Below are positions 16,547-26,379 of a DNA stretch of 64,000 bases, piece by piece. The translations under genes and the position numbers were made by a program. The stretch lies in IMG/VR virus record IMGVR_UViG_3300033145_002422; one strand, 5' to 3'. The first letter of the stretch is position 1. Each line of letters begins with the position of its first letter. This DNA is from a virus (Duplodnaviria > Caudoviricetes). The notes beneath the pieces were generated by a model. The model saw nothing but the letters and a program-made list of their open reading frames with translations, did no database searches and had not been told where the DNA came from.

Positions 16547-16934
16547 ATGAACTGGTATAAATTAGCACAAGAAGGTGTAAAAACTCCTAAAGAAATGGAT
16601 ATGTCTTATTATGATATAGGGCATTGCAACCCCTTTTGAAGTATGCGTAAACAAAAAGCATAAAGTAAAAGATGCTATAGTTTATTTATGGTGGTGGGAA
16701 AATAGAGAATTAAAAATAGAGAAAATAGATAAAAATAGTGAAAAAACTCATATGGACATACTAGGAGATGATATATTAAAATTTTACCAAGGAAGATCGC
16801 AAATTTTGCCGGATAAAAAAATAGTTAGTATTGCTGTTCCAGATGGACAAATATATAGACCTATTCCAGAAGAAATTATAGAAGCTTTACAAAGAGAGTT
16901 CGGATATGATATTCAAATGGTGAGGTTCGATTAA
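16547..16934 (+). pseudogene. MNWYK-family paralog split by a +1 frameshift at CCC-TTT-TGA (16631-16639)
   Basis: MNWYKLAQ...YYDIGH in one frame; LWWW...GR...IP...EFG continues in +1 frame, colinear with 20275..20640. Confidence 0.75.
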
Positions 16935-17683
16935 TGAATTGGTATAAAACAGCTAAAAGATCAACAGGAGATGCTTTTGCTAAAGATAAATTGGATGTTA
17001 TTTTCAGAAAAATAATAGAACTTGACAAATCTATATATATTAAAAAAGAAATTGAGAAAGAAGAAATAGAAATCAAACCAGAAAGAATATATATAGACAG
17101 TTTTTATTTAACTAATAATATGCAATTTGGAATAAAAGAAATTTTTGTTAATATTGTTGCTATAAAATCTATTAATGAAATAGGAATTGGAGGAAAAACA
17201 AGTTTAACCAATGACGCACATATTAGTAATAAATTATTTAATAAATATATTAATGCTTTTGAAATAGATTTAAATATTTATATTCCATACAATTTTGATT
17301 ATAAACAATATAATAGACTTTATTATGAATTATCTAATGTATTAAGACATGAAGTAGAACATGCAATTGCTGGAACAGAAAAATTATTAAAAAATATGGT
17401 AATAAATAATATAGATCCATTAAAAAATACTTATAACTATTTAACGACTATTCCAGAAATAGAAGCATTTGTAACTAGTTTTTACATGAGAGCTAAAAAA
17501 GAAAAAAGAAATATTAAAGAATTATTTGAACAATATATCTATGATCTATTAAATTCAAATAATAAGGATAAAAGATATACCAATACAACAATACGCATAA
17601 TGGCAAATAAAATATTAACAATATGGATAGATTATGCTAAAAAACGTTTTCCAAATTTGGAGAAGAAATATGAATTGGTATAA
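16934..17683 (+). CDS. MNWYK-tagged zincin-like (HExxH) protein
   Basis: LRHEVEHA...EIEAF. Confidence 0.7.
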   Translation: MNWYKTAKRSTGDAFAKDKLDVIFRKIIELDKSIYIKKEIEKEEIEIKPERIYIDSFYLTNNMQFGIKEIFVNIVAIKSINEIGIGGKTSLTNDAHISNKLFNKYINAFEIDLNIYIPYNFDYKQYNRLYYELSNVLRHEVEHAIAGTEKLLKNMVINNIDPLKNTYNYLTTIPEIEAFVTSFYMRAKKEKRNIKELFEQYIYDLLNSNNKDKRYTNTTIRIMANKILTIWIDYAKKRFPNLEKKYELV

Positions 17684-18356
17684 AATAAATAAATTTTCAA
17701 ACAGCCCCTATGGATATTGGATTCCGACAAGCGGAGAACTTATTCCTGTTGGTTTTCAACAACATGGATCAAAACTTGTAACATTAGGAATAAAAAAAGG
17801 ATATGATGAAGCTTTCGGAAAAAGATGGATAAGAATAATTATTGGTGAAGGCGATGGAATGAGTATAGAAATAAAGTCAAAAAAACCTAATGGAGATCAA
17901 ATATATAGCATACTCAGATTATATAATGAGTTATTTGCAGATTCATTTCAAAGACCAATTATTTTTATAGATTATTTTGGTAAACAATTAAATACTAATA
18001 GCTATGAAGGTCTTCAATTTGCTCTTGAAAATGGACTACAACCTAGAGTATTATTTTCTCAAAACAATTATTTAGACTATTTTCATAATGGACACAATAA
18101 AGGGGAATATCTATGGTTTATAGATAAAGATCAAATATTCCATAAAAAATCAACAAAAAATAATATAGAGCATGAAGAATGGGAAGAGTTTAATATGCTT
18201 GATACTATCGCCTCTGGAAGATTCGGATTTAATGATGGAAAAGTACTTGCAACAATGGTTCTATATGGAAGCCAATTAAAACAAATTTACTATAGAAAAA
18301 TTGCAAAAAGTATATTAAATAGAGAATTAAACTATCCGATTATTAAGGAATTCTAA
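17670..18356 (+). CDS. MNWYK-tagged two-domain protein
   Basis: YGYWIP.SGE domain (as in 20894) + LWF...H...GRF domain (as in 18360/20275). Confidence 0.75.
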   Translation: MNWYKINKFSNSPYGYWIPTSGELIPVGFQQHGSKLVTLGIKKGYDEAFGKRWIRIIIGEGDGMSIEIKSKKPNGDQIYSILRLYNELFADSFQRPIIFIDYFGKQLNTNSYEGLQFALENGLQPRVLFSQNNYLDYFHNGHNKGEYLWFIDKDQIFHKKSTKNNIEHEEWEEFNMLDTIASGRFGFNDGKVLATMVLYGSQLKQIYYRKIAKSILNRELNYPIIKEF

Positions 18357-18359
18357 AAC

Positions 18360-18770
18360 ATGAATTGGTATAAAATAGCACAAAAAATAATAGAATACGA
18401 TAAACATAGACTACCCTATGTAAGTTTAGGACACGATCAATATAGAAATAGATATAGATATAAAGATGAAGAAAATCAAATTCCTAACTCAGAATTACCA
18501 GAAGAATATATATGGGTTATTAATAATGGAATATTATATAAAGAAGATGGTTTTGAAGCTCATTGGAATAATAGAAATGAAAAATTTATTGAAAAACTAC
18601 GTACAGCACAATGGAAAGGTAGATTTCAAAATAAAAACGAAAAAAAGATTTTAAGTGTAGTTAGTTTAATGGGAACTAGCTCTAATTATAGACCTATACC
18701 AAATGTTATATTAAATATTCTTTATGATGAATTTGGAAAAGATGTAGATATCTATAGATTTGGTCAATAA
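18360..18770 (+). CDS. MNWYK-family protein
   Basis: MNWYKIAQ; GH...W...GRF...IP...EFG. Confidence 0.8.
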   Translation: MNWYKIAQKIIEYDKHRLPYVSLGHDQYRNRYRYKDEENQIPNSELPEEYIWVINNGILYKEDGFEAHWNNRNEKFIEKLRTAQWKGRFQNKNEKKILSVVSLMGTSSNYRPIPNVILNILYDEFGKDVDIYRFGQ

Positions 18771-18808
18771 AAAATCCGCCAAAAAATATCTTATAATTGT
18801 TTTTTAGC

Positions 18809-19489
18809 TTATGTATTTTCAACAGCAATAGTATCCCCCATATCAAAACTAATTCTATCTGAATATTCCCTTGGAATAAACCGTATGAATTTTAGTAACA
18901 TATCTCTGAATTGATTAAAATCTCTTCCATCTTTTTTAGCATACTTTAAATAAATAGTGCATTCTTCTCTAGTTCCATGCATAGGCATATATTTATTAAT
19001 ATGTATTATTTCAAAACTGTGTTTATCAGCTATTTCACAAGACATCTTTACCATAGTGAACAATTCATCTTCCTTCTTCCACCCTTTATATTCTGAAAGA
19101 GACTGATTTGAACACTCAATAAAAGAGCTATTACAATCTCTATATGCTATATAACATCTGCTCACAGCAGAATTATAGACTTTACCTAAAACAGAAATTA
19201 TAATATTTTGAAACTCTGCATAAGTTGCCTTATCTATTTTTTCCTTAAAGCAATTATCATAAATAAACTGCATATCAGGATATTTTTCATGTCCATGAAA
19301 GAAGTTATCTATTTTATTTTTCTTTACAATATCTGGATGATTTTTAGGTTTCCAATATTTACAATCAGTCTCTCCTTGATTTCTAATGTATGTATATCCT
19401 TCTTTGCAATCACAGCTATCATCGCCACCCATACCCATCGTAGTATCATAATGAAAATGTCCGCATTCATAACAATAATGATCTTCCAT
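18809..19489 (-). CDS. hypothetical protein with Cys-rich N-terminus
   Basis: AGGAG RBS on minus strand; 226 aa. Confidence 0.7.
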   Translation of the reverse strand: MEDHYCYECGHFHYDTTMGMGGDDSCDCKEGYTYIRNQGETDCKYWKPKNHPDIVKKNKIDNFFHGHEKYPDMQFIYDNCFKEKIDKATYAEFQNIIISVLGKVYNSAVSRCYIAYRDCNSSFIECSNQSLSEYKGWKKEDELFTMVKMSCEIADKHSFEIIHINKYMPMHGTREECTIYLKYAKKDGRDFNQFRDMLLKFIRFIPREYSDRISFDMGDTIAVENT

Positions 19490-19910
19490 ATCAATCTCCT
19501 TAATAGCTTATGTAGGCTATTATACCTAAAAACAATATAAAAGCAAAACAATTCTTTTTATTTGGCAAATTTTTATTTTGTTGCTTATTTTTAGCAAATT
19601 AATGTGATCTATAAAAAAGTCTGAAAAAAAAATTGCGAGTGTTTAGAGAGAGAGATAAATAAAGGAAATTTATATATTTTTTGTAAATAACATACTATAC
19701 GAGTTAGTATAAAATATTTTTATAGAAATAAGAAAATGGTTGAAATATACTATTAAAAGGTATCTAAGTTTTAAACAAAATATAGTTCCCTCTTTTAAGG
19801 AATAACAATTGAATATGAATATAAACGGTTGCGTAAATGTAAAAAGTCTCAATCATTATACAGAAAAATATTCAAAAGGGAAGAAAAAAAGGAGAAAAAG
19901 AGAATATAAA

Positions 19911-20240
19911 ATGACAGAACAAATATTAGACGTAAATGGAAAACAAACAAACAAAGAGAGAAGAAGAGAAAATAAGAAAGCGAAAAAAAAATATTTATGG
20001 GAGTATAAGTTAAAACACCCTTGCGAAATATGTCAAGAAACTCATCCTATATGTTTAACTTTCCATCATAGAGATAAAACAAAAAAAGACAACGATGTGG
20101 CTTCTTTACTTAATAATAGTTGGAAAAAATTAAAAGATGAAATAGCTAAATGCCAAATTCTTTGTGAAAATTGTCATAAAAAACTTCATTATAATGAGAT
20201 AAATAATAATAATAATAATAATAACGGGCATAAAAAGTAA
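19911..20240 (+). CDS. HNH endonuclease
   Basis: CEIC...LTFHH...EIAKCQILCENCH. Confidence 0.8.
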   Translation: MTEQILDVNGKQTNKERRRENKKAKKKYLWEYKLKHPCEICQETHPICLTFHHRDKTKKDNDVASLLNNSWKKLKDEIAKCQILCENCHKKLHYNEINNNNNNNNGHKK

Positions 20241-20274
20241 AGGATTTTTATTTAATTTAAACAATTAAATATAT

Positions 20275-20640
20275 ATGAACTGGTATAAACTAGCACAACA
20301 TAAAATCTATGATAGAAATGATTTTGATATGACTTATTATGATATAGGTCATAATAAAGATGAGACTGTTATTGTTGGTAAAGAATATAGATCTAAAGAT
20401 ACTACAGATAAATTATGGTGGTGGGATGGGTATATTCAAACTGAATTTATAGGAAAAAAACATTATGAAATGGGAGTAGAAAAAAATAATTACCATGGAA
20501 GATATGAACAAAACCTTAAAGGAAAATTTGTGAGCATTGTATCACCAGAAAGAAGAAATTTTCATAATATTCCATCTTTTATTGTTAATGGTTTAATAGA
20601 TACTTTCGGTAGTGATATTATTATTGTGAGATTTGATTAA
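20275..20640 (+). CDS. MNWYK-family protein
   Basis: MNWYKLAQ...YYDIGH...LWWW...GRY...IP...FG. Confidence 0.8.
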   Translation: MNWYKLAQHKIYDRNDFDMTYYDIGHNKDETVIVGKEYRSKDTTDKLWWWDGYIQTEFIGKKHYEMGVEKNNYHGRYEQNLKGKFVSIVSPERRNFHNIPSFIVNGLIDTFGSDIIIVRFD

Positions 20641-20641
20641 T

Positions 20642-20893
20642 ATGAACTGGTATAAACTAGCACAACATTTATCTATTATGGAGGAATTAAATATCTCTGC
20701 CCCTAAAAAATACTATTTCTTCGATACGAATCATGGAAAAATATTTTCTAAAGAAGATTCAATTGATGGGGTATCTGAACAAATGATGACTGAAGACGAA
20801 GTTAAACATATTAATGCAACATATTCAATAGGACAATGGATGACCACAAAACAAATCATTGAATGGCTTAAAGATCATAAAGAGAAACTATAA
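20642..20893 (+). CDS. MNWYK-tagged hypothetical protein
   Basis: first 9 codons essentially identical to those of 20275 but unrelated body. Confidence 0.75.
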   Translation: MNWYKLAQHLSIMEELNISAPKKYYFFDTNHGKIFSKEDSIDGVSEQMMTEDEVKHINATYSIGQWMTTKQIIEWLKDHKEKL

Positions 20894-21277
20894 TTGAGTT
20901 GGTATAAAATGATAAAAACTTCAAGTATTTATGGCTATTGGATTTCTCCAAGCGGAGAAGAATTCAGGATAAATGATATGATGAGACATAAGGAAACTGC
21001 TGAAAATATGGGATTTAAAGATTTAGATGAAATATTTAAAGCAGGATATGCTAGAGTAGTTTTACATAAAGGGTTAGAAATACAAACATATAACCCTGGA
21101 CAATTAACTTCTGCTCAAAAATCTACTATTAGTAGTATATATCTTGACAAAAGAAGAATAGAACCATTACTAATTATTGTTGGTGGTTTTGATTCTGATG
21201 CAGATAATTATATTGAAAGCAGAAACTTAAATCAAATTTTTCAATTTATGGATTCAGGTTCTAATAATCCGTTGTAA
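20894..21277 (+). CDS. MSWYK-tagged protein
   Basis: TTG start; YGYWISPSGE domain. Confidence 0.7.
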   Translation: MSWYKMIKTSSIYGYWISPSGEEFRINDMMRHKETAENMGFKDLDEIFKAGYARVVLHKGLEIQTYNPGQLTSAQKSTISSIYLDKRRIEPLLIIVGGFDSDADNYIESRNLNQIFQFMDSGSNNPL

Positions 21278-22160
21278 TCGTTAAATGGAATGGCTTATCT
21301 GAAAGCTTCCTAGACTGCCACAAAAAATTATCTACAATCACATTATTAGTACCGGATAATTCTGATATCTTATCACAAGTTAAAATAGTTGCTGCTCTTA
21401 TTTCTGTCTCATAGGCAGAACCTTTTGGAATCATAATTTCATTATCAACAACATAAGATAATTCATCATCATATTGTATACATCCATAATATCTTAAAAT
21501 CTTTGGTATCTGATAATCAGCAGGAACTGTAAGTTTATGTATTTTATCTGCGAATTTTCCGGTCTTTCTATAGATTTGCATCATAAGAAGTTGCAATCTC
21601 TTTAGAAATATATCTTCTCCGTATCCATTATAATTTCCAAAGACAAAATCCATACACTTATCCATATCAAAATTCATAGATTCAGAATAGTTGTAAAATT
21701 CCCTAAAACTATCAAAAAGTATATGACTACCACGGCATATAGTATTTTCTTTATAACCGATTTCTTCTAAATTATTAAATCTTTCTTGTAATAGAGGAAA
21801 ACGATTAGTTTTCATTTTATAAAAGAATATTTTAATGATATTTTCATATTTTTTAGATTCTTTCCATGACTGTTCTAAAAGTTCATACATTGTATTATCG
21901 CTTGATTTATTCAGTCGTATATCTCCCCTTCCGTACCAATAACAATAGTTTACTGAATTAGCTATTAACTCCATTGAAAAAATATCTTGTATGGAATAAG
22001 CAGAAAACTTCTCTTTCCATTCGGAAAAATTGCTAGATTTCAATATTTTGGATAGATTTTCAGTATTCTTGTCGCTAATTTTTATATGACATTTGGGGTG
22101 ATTTATAATTTCTCTTGATATTGTTCTTATATCATCTATTATCTTCATTATTATTTCCAT
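21261..22160 (-). CDS. queuosine salvage hydrolase (DUF2419/Qng1-like)
   Basis: LTVPADYQIPKILR, EIRAATI, VDNFLW and C-terminal PFHLTITTDY signature. Confidence 0.85.
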   Translation of the reverse strand: MEIIMKIIDDIRTISREIINHPKCHIKISDKNTENLSKILKSSNFSEWKEKFSAYSIQDIFSMELIANSVNYCYWYGRGDIRLNKSSDNTMYELLEQSWKESKKYENIIKIFFYKMKTNRFPLLQERFNNLEEIGYKENTICRGSHILFDSFREFYNYSESMNFDMDKCMDFVFGNYNGYGEDIFLKRLQLLMMQIYRKTGKFADKIHKLTVPADYQIPKILRYYGCIQYDDELSYVVDNEIMIPKGSAYETEIRAATILTCDKISELSGTNNVIVDNFLWQSRKLSDKPFHLTITTDY

Positions 22161-22214
22161 TATTTATAGCCGATATAGTATATAGAAACATTTTATCACT
22201 TTTAGGAGAAAAAA

Positions 22215-22556
22215 ATGGATATACAGGAAATCTTTTTTGCTAAAAGAGAAATAAAAAATGGTGGAATTTTTCTACATTTTAAAAAAAATAATAAAGAAAA
22301 AATTGGTATTTCATTATTTAAAATGTCAGATGATATTACATATCCATTGGATTTTGAACCTTTATCTAGATGTTTTAATGAAGATGGGTCATTAAAATCT
22401 CCATCTGAAGAAGCAATTGATTATCAAATAGATAAAATGCATAAAATAGCCTCTGAATATTTTGTTGGAGAAGATGTAAAAATATATGTTATAAAAATCC
22501 ATGGTGATAAAAATATTATTGGATTAATAGCTCATCCTGAAGAGTTAGAAAAATAA
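22215..22556 (+). CDS. hypothetical protein
   Basis: AGGAG RBS. Confidence 0.65.
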   Translation: MDIQEIFFAKREIKNGGIFLHFKKNNKEKIGISLFKMSDDITYPLDFEPLSRCFNEDGSLKSPSEEAIDYQIDKMHKIASEYFVGEDVKIYVIKIHGDKNIIGLIAHPEELEK

Positions 22557-22596
22557 TGTTAAAAGGATTTTATTATATTTTTTATAATATAAATTG

Positions 22597-22926
22597 ATGA
22601 ATTGGTATGGGTTTTTAAAAACTTCTACAAAAACATACTTTGATACTGGTTTTATTGGGAATAATACTATAGAAAATAAAGATATTTATCTTTGGATATG
22701 GGTAAAAGGAAGGCTTGTTACAACTCCGGTTAAAAATAAAGAAGATACTCATGGTATTTTTTCTTTTATAGATACATTAGATAATATATACAGAGGAAGA
22801 TTCCAAGATAATATTGTAACTATTATTAAACCTGTAGGAATCGCTTCTTTTTTGAAAATTCCCAATATATTGCTTAATTTATTATATGAGGAGTTTGGGG
22901 ATAATATAAAAATTATAGAAGAATAA
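22597..22926 (+). CDS. MNWY-family protein
   Basis: MNWYGFLK...LWIW...H...GRF...IP...EFG. Confidence 0.75.
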   Translation: MNWYGFLKTSTKTYFDTGFIGNNTIENKDIYLWIWVKGRLVTTPVKNKEDTHGIFSFIDTLDNIYRGRFQDNIVTIIKPVGIASFLKIPNILLNLLYEEFGDNIKIIEE

Positions 22927-23158
22927 AAAGGAATAAGAATTATTTATTTTAATAATTAAATATACTATCTTTATTTATTGTTTATTAAAAAGAGTTAAAA
23001 ATGAAAGAAAAAATTGAAGAGAAAGAAAAAATTGAAATTGAAATTGAAATTGCTCAATCAGCTAAAAATTATAATTATAATCTAGAAAAAAGAATTGATA
23101 TGTTAAGAGATAAAATTATTGAAACAACTAATTTTATCAAAAGACAAATTGATGATTG

Positions 23159-23653
23159 TTAAATGCTTTGAGCTACTAAAAACCAATTATTTCCATATCT
23201 TTTTATTAAAAGAGGAATTCCACCAATAAATGTTTGCCCTTCATCATCTGCTACTTCGGTAGGAATATATCTAGACACAATTAAATAATTATTTGAATTT
23301 ATAGAAAGCGGAATGCCACCATATACTAGTGAATCATAATATTCATTTAATCCATTTTTTACAGAAACTAACATTATATTTTTATCATTTCTTGTTCCAA
23401 AATTATAAAAAGCTTCTCCAAAAATAAAATAATTACTATTAGTTACTGTAGCTCCTGTTTCTAGTATTATGCTTAGAAAATATCTTCCATTATCAGATTC
23501 AAATAATGACAGTGGCATTCCGCTCATTACTATTTTTGTTGAACTTAATGTATAAGAATTATTAACAATAACATTAGGAATAAATTGATAGCCATATGCT
23601 ATTTGGCTAACTGATATTTGATTATTTCCTAAAGTTTTTAAAGAATCTACCAT
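23159..23653 (-). CDS. hypothetical (possibly virion) protein
   Basis: three internal GG[IM]PL-like repeats. Confidence 0.65.
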   Translation of the reverse strand: MVDSLKTLGNNQISVSQIAYGYQFIPNVIVNNSYTLSSTKIVMSGMPLSLFESDNGRYFLSIILETGATVTNSNYFIFGEAFYNFGTRNDKNIMLVSVKNGLNEYYDSLVYGGIPLSINSNNYLIVSRYIPTEVADDEGQTFIGGIPLLIKRYGNNWFLVAQSI

Positions 23654-24418
23654 TTACAACCCCTTTTCTATTTTTATACTTCTAATAACTTTTTGAGAAG
23701 AATCATCTTGTTTTTGCATCATTGTTTCATTAAATAACGTATTTATATTTACTTTTTGTTCTGTTGTTAAATTTGTATATGTATTAACAGCATCTTTAAA
23801 TTTTTGACCAGCTACAACAGTTTGTTCAAGAGGTTTTTTCCATTGTATTCCTGCAAATACTCTTTCTACTATGCTTCCAATAACAGGAAATACGCTAGCT
23901 ATTGCCCTAAATATTGCTCCAATAACTGGTTGTGCAGCAGGAACAAGGAAATATAGAAGCATTAAACCAGCAAATCCCAAAACTCCTAACCACAAGAATT
24001 TCTTTATATTACTCCAAATTGTATCAAAAATACCCCAATTACCACTCATACTAGAATATGAAGAACCACTGGTTTTTGAAGTAGTTATTCCATCTGGTCC
24101 TATATCGATAGAAGGATTCTGACCATCTGTATATTTCATAGGTTCTACTCTGGATATAGTTTCTCCTGGATCTGTAGTCCAAAGATTTCCTAAAGATGAA
24201 TGATATACATTACCATTAAGAATTACTGATTTTCCTTCAGCACTACCAGATGGTCTTTCTTCTATATTAACTTCTATACTTGGAAGTGTTTTTGTTTCAG
24301 TAACTACTATACTATTTTTTTCGCTATTTTGACATCCGTTAAAATAAACAGTTAAAAAGATTAATGCTAAACAAGTTGTAATAGCCAAAAAACTAGGAAT
24401 GTATTTTTTTATTTCCAT
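23654..24418 (-). CDS. membrane protein
   Basis: N-terminal signal ending NGC plus two hydrophobic helices. Confidence 0.7.
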   Translation of the reverse strand: MEIKKYIPSFLAITTCLALIFLTVYFNGCQNSEKNSIVVTETKTLPSIEVNIEERPSGSAEGKSVILNGNVYHSSLGNLWTTDPGETISRVEPMKYTDGQNPSIDIGPDGITTSKTSGSSYSSMSGNWGIFDTIWSNIKKFLWLGVLGFAGLMLLYFLVPAAQPVIGAIFRAIASVFPVIGSIVERVFAGIQWKKPLEQTVVAGQKFKDAVNTYTNLTTEQKVNINTLFNETMMQKQDDSSQKVIRSIKIEKGL

Positions 24419-24663
24419 TATTCTTTACCTCCTTCATTATCTCTTATATTTATTTGTGTTAAGATATTATTTACAATATCTCCAGATTGTCCAATAGGAA
24501 CTCCCTGCATAATAATAGTAATTTTTCTACCACCATTGTAAGTAGTTTTCATTGGTTTTTCTTCAAAAGAACTTTTATTTTGTGCAAAATCTAAACATCC
24601 TACAATTAAAGGAAGAAACAAAACAAGAATTGAAACTATTATAAATCTTTTTTGTATTTTCAT
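24418..24663 (-). CDS. putative lipoprotein
   Basis: signal peptide with IVG-C lipobox. Confidence 0.6.
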   Translation of the reverse strand: MKIQKRFIIVSILVLFLPLIVGCLDFAQNKSSFEEKPMKTTYNGGRKITIIMQGVPIGQSGDIVNNILTQINIRDNEGGKE

Positions 24664-25126
24664 TTTTTCTCCTTTATTACAAAAATATTACAAAAAATCT
24701 TATTTATATAAAATACCATACATAGGTTTAAAATCCTTCTTAAAAAAATAAAGGCGCAAAATGAAGAATTTTTTATAAAAAGTAATATTAATTAAAACTT
24801 ATAATTCTTATTACTATCTATTTTATATAACCGATTTTTAATCGGTTATACCGACTTGCAAAGCAAGTCGATAAGAGAAACTGTTGATTAAACTAATTAT
24901 AAGAGAAAACCAGGGCTGTTGTTTAACAGTTAGGAAAAACAACAGAAAGTATCTAGGCGCAGTCCTACCATCCCTTGCTGATCTAAGGTATTCTTGGAGT
25001 GTTGACCAGTACTGGTATTTTCTGGTTTTTACACTTATAAAAAGTGTAATACTCACAGAGCCTTACTACTTACTTCGGAACAACTGGGAATAGTCTACAA
25101 TAAAAAATTACACTTTTTAAAAAATA

Positions 25127-25642
25127 TTAAACATAATCTTCTATTTTAGGTTCATCTGGAACTTGTCCATAACAAATTAATTCCTGTTGGGCATACCATA
25201 ATACAGATTCCCAATCTGTATGGTACTCATTAAAATCTGCCCATATTTTATTTGGATTAGCTTCTTGAGTAATAAGTCTGTTAATTAAAATATCGACCAT
25301 TGAATTATAAAGAGCATTATTAGGACAGTTAGGATTATTAAAATCTATTCTAAATGTATATTTTTCTGATGATATTGTTTGAGAAATAAGAGTTAATTTA
25401 AAGCTTGGTTCTGGATTTTTTAAAGTATTTAAATTTATTTCTTCTCCATGTTCTACTGTTATAATAACTTTTCCATGTTCGTCATCTCTTATTTGTATTC
25501 CGAATTTCCCGCTATTTTCATCTTTTCCAACTTTAAATAATTGTTTTTTTATAATAATAGGATATTTTTCATATGCAATAGTTTGTATTTCGATCTCATC
25601 TCCATCTCCTACCGTATATAATGATATTATTGGTATAGCCAT
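25127..25642 (-). CDS. hypothetical protein
   Basis: ORF following 25654..26268 in minus-strand operon. Confidence 0.65.
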   Translation of the reverse strand: MAIPIISLYTVGDGDEIEIQTIAYEKYPIIIKKQLFKVGKDENSGKFGIQIRDDEHGKVIITVEHGEEINLNTLKNPEPSFKLTLISQTISSEKYTFRIDFNNPNCPNNALYNSMVDILINRLITQEANPNKIWADFNEYHTDWESVLWYAQQELICYGQVPDEPKIEDYV

Positions 25643-25653
25643 ATTTTTATCTC

Positions 25654-26268
25654 TTAAATTATTTTTAAAGTATTTGGTAATATCTCTGAAATATGATGTT
25701 CTGATTGATACCATCCTCTAGGCATATCAGAAATAAATTTATATATATAATGGTCAAAAGATAATTTCCATTTATCTTTCATTTTCTGTGAAAGTTTATG
25801 TAATTCTTTTCTTGGTATTCCTATAGAAAATTCTGTATATTCTTCTGCTTCTTTTTTTATTTCTTCCCATTCTTCTTTATCAGGAGTTATCGCTCCCCAA
25901 TGTAATAATTTATCATCATTTGATATAGCCCAAGGGTCTATATTAAATTTTTCAAGAGATATAAATTTTTTTGTAAATTTAATAGCATATTTATCGAATC
26001 CAAGATTTTCAAGATCTTCGTTACTTATTTTAAATGGTGAGTTTTTTTTATCTTCTGTAATTGATAATAAATCTTCAGAATAAAAATTACATACAGCTAT
26101 TAAATCAATATCTTTAATAATAAAATTAGGTTTGTTTTTATTTTTTACATATGAACCCCAAGCTAATACCGATTTTACTCCATTTATAGATAATATAGCA
26201 GATGCCATTTTATTTATATTTGGTTTTACATTCTTTATTTTAGGCATTGATTTTTTATACCATGACAT
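25654..26268 (-). CDS. MSWYK-tagged Pol-beta-type nucleotidyltransferase
   Basis: VLAWGSY...KDIDLIAV (GS...DxD). Confidence 0.7.
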   Translation of the reverse strand: MSWYKKSMPKIKNVKPNINKMASAILSINGVKSVLAWGSYVKNKNKPNFIIKDIDLIAVCNFYSEDLLSITEDKKNSPFKISNEDLENLGFDKYAIKFTKKFISLEKFNIDPWAISNDDKLLHWGAITPDKEEWEEIKKEAEEYTEFSIGIPRKELHKLSQKMKDKWKLSFDHYIYKFISDMPRGWYQSEHHISEILPNTLKII

Positions 26269-26379
26269 TCCCATATTATACTATTCGATTAAAAAGGTCA
26301 AAATCTTTTATTTTTCAGAGGATAAGACTAAAATAAATATAATAAAAAGTTGTTCTAGGATAATTATATGGAGTTATAA

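Noticed and set aside
6141-16639. Stop-codon reassignment (in-frame TAA at 6141, TGA at 16637)
   Set aside because: Long conserved genes are intact in code 11 and end in TAA, TAG and TGA; the 16637 case needs a frameshift, not readthrough.
19490-19910. AT-rich divergent intergenic gap with a (GA)n run as replication origin
   Set aside because: No iterons or other direct evidence; a skew calculation would be required.
20202-20225. (AAT)n microsatellite
   Set aside because: Short poly-Asn tail of an HNH gene in AT-rich DNA; no evidence of function.
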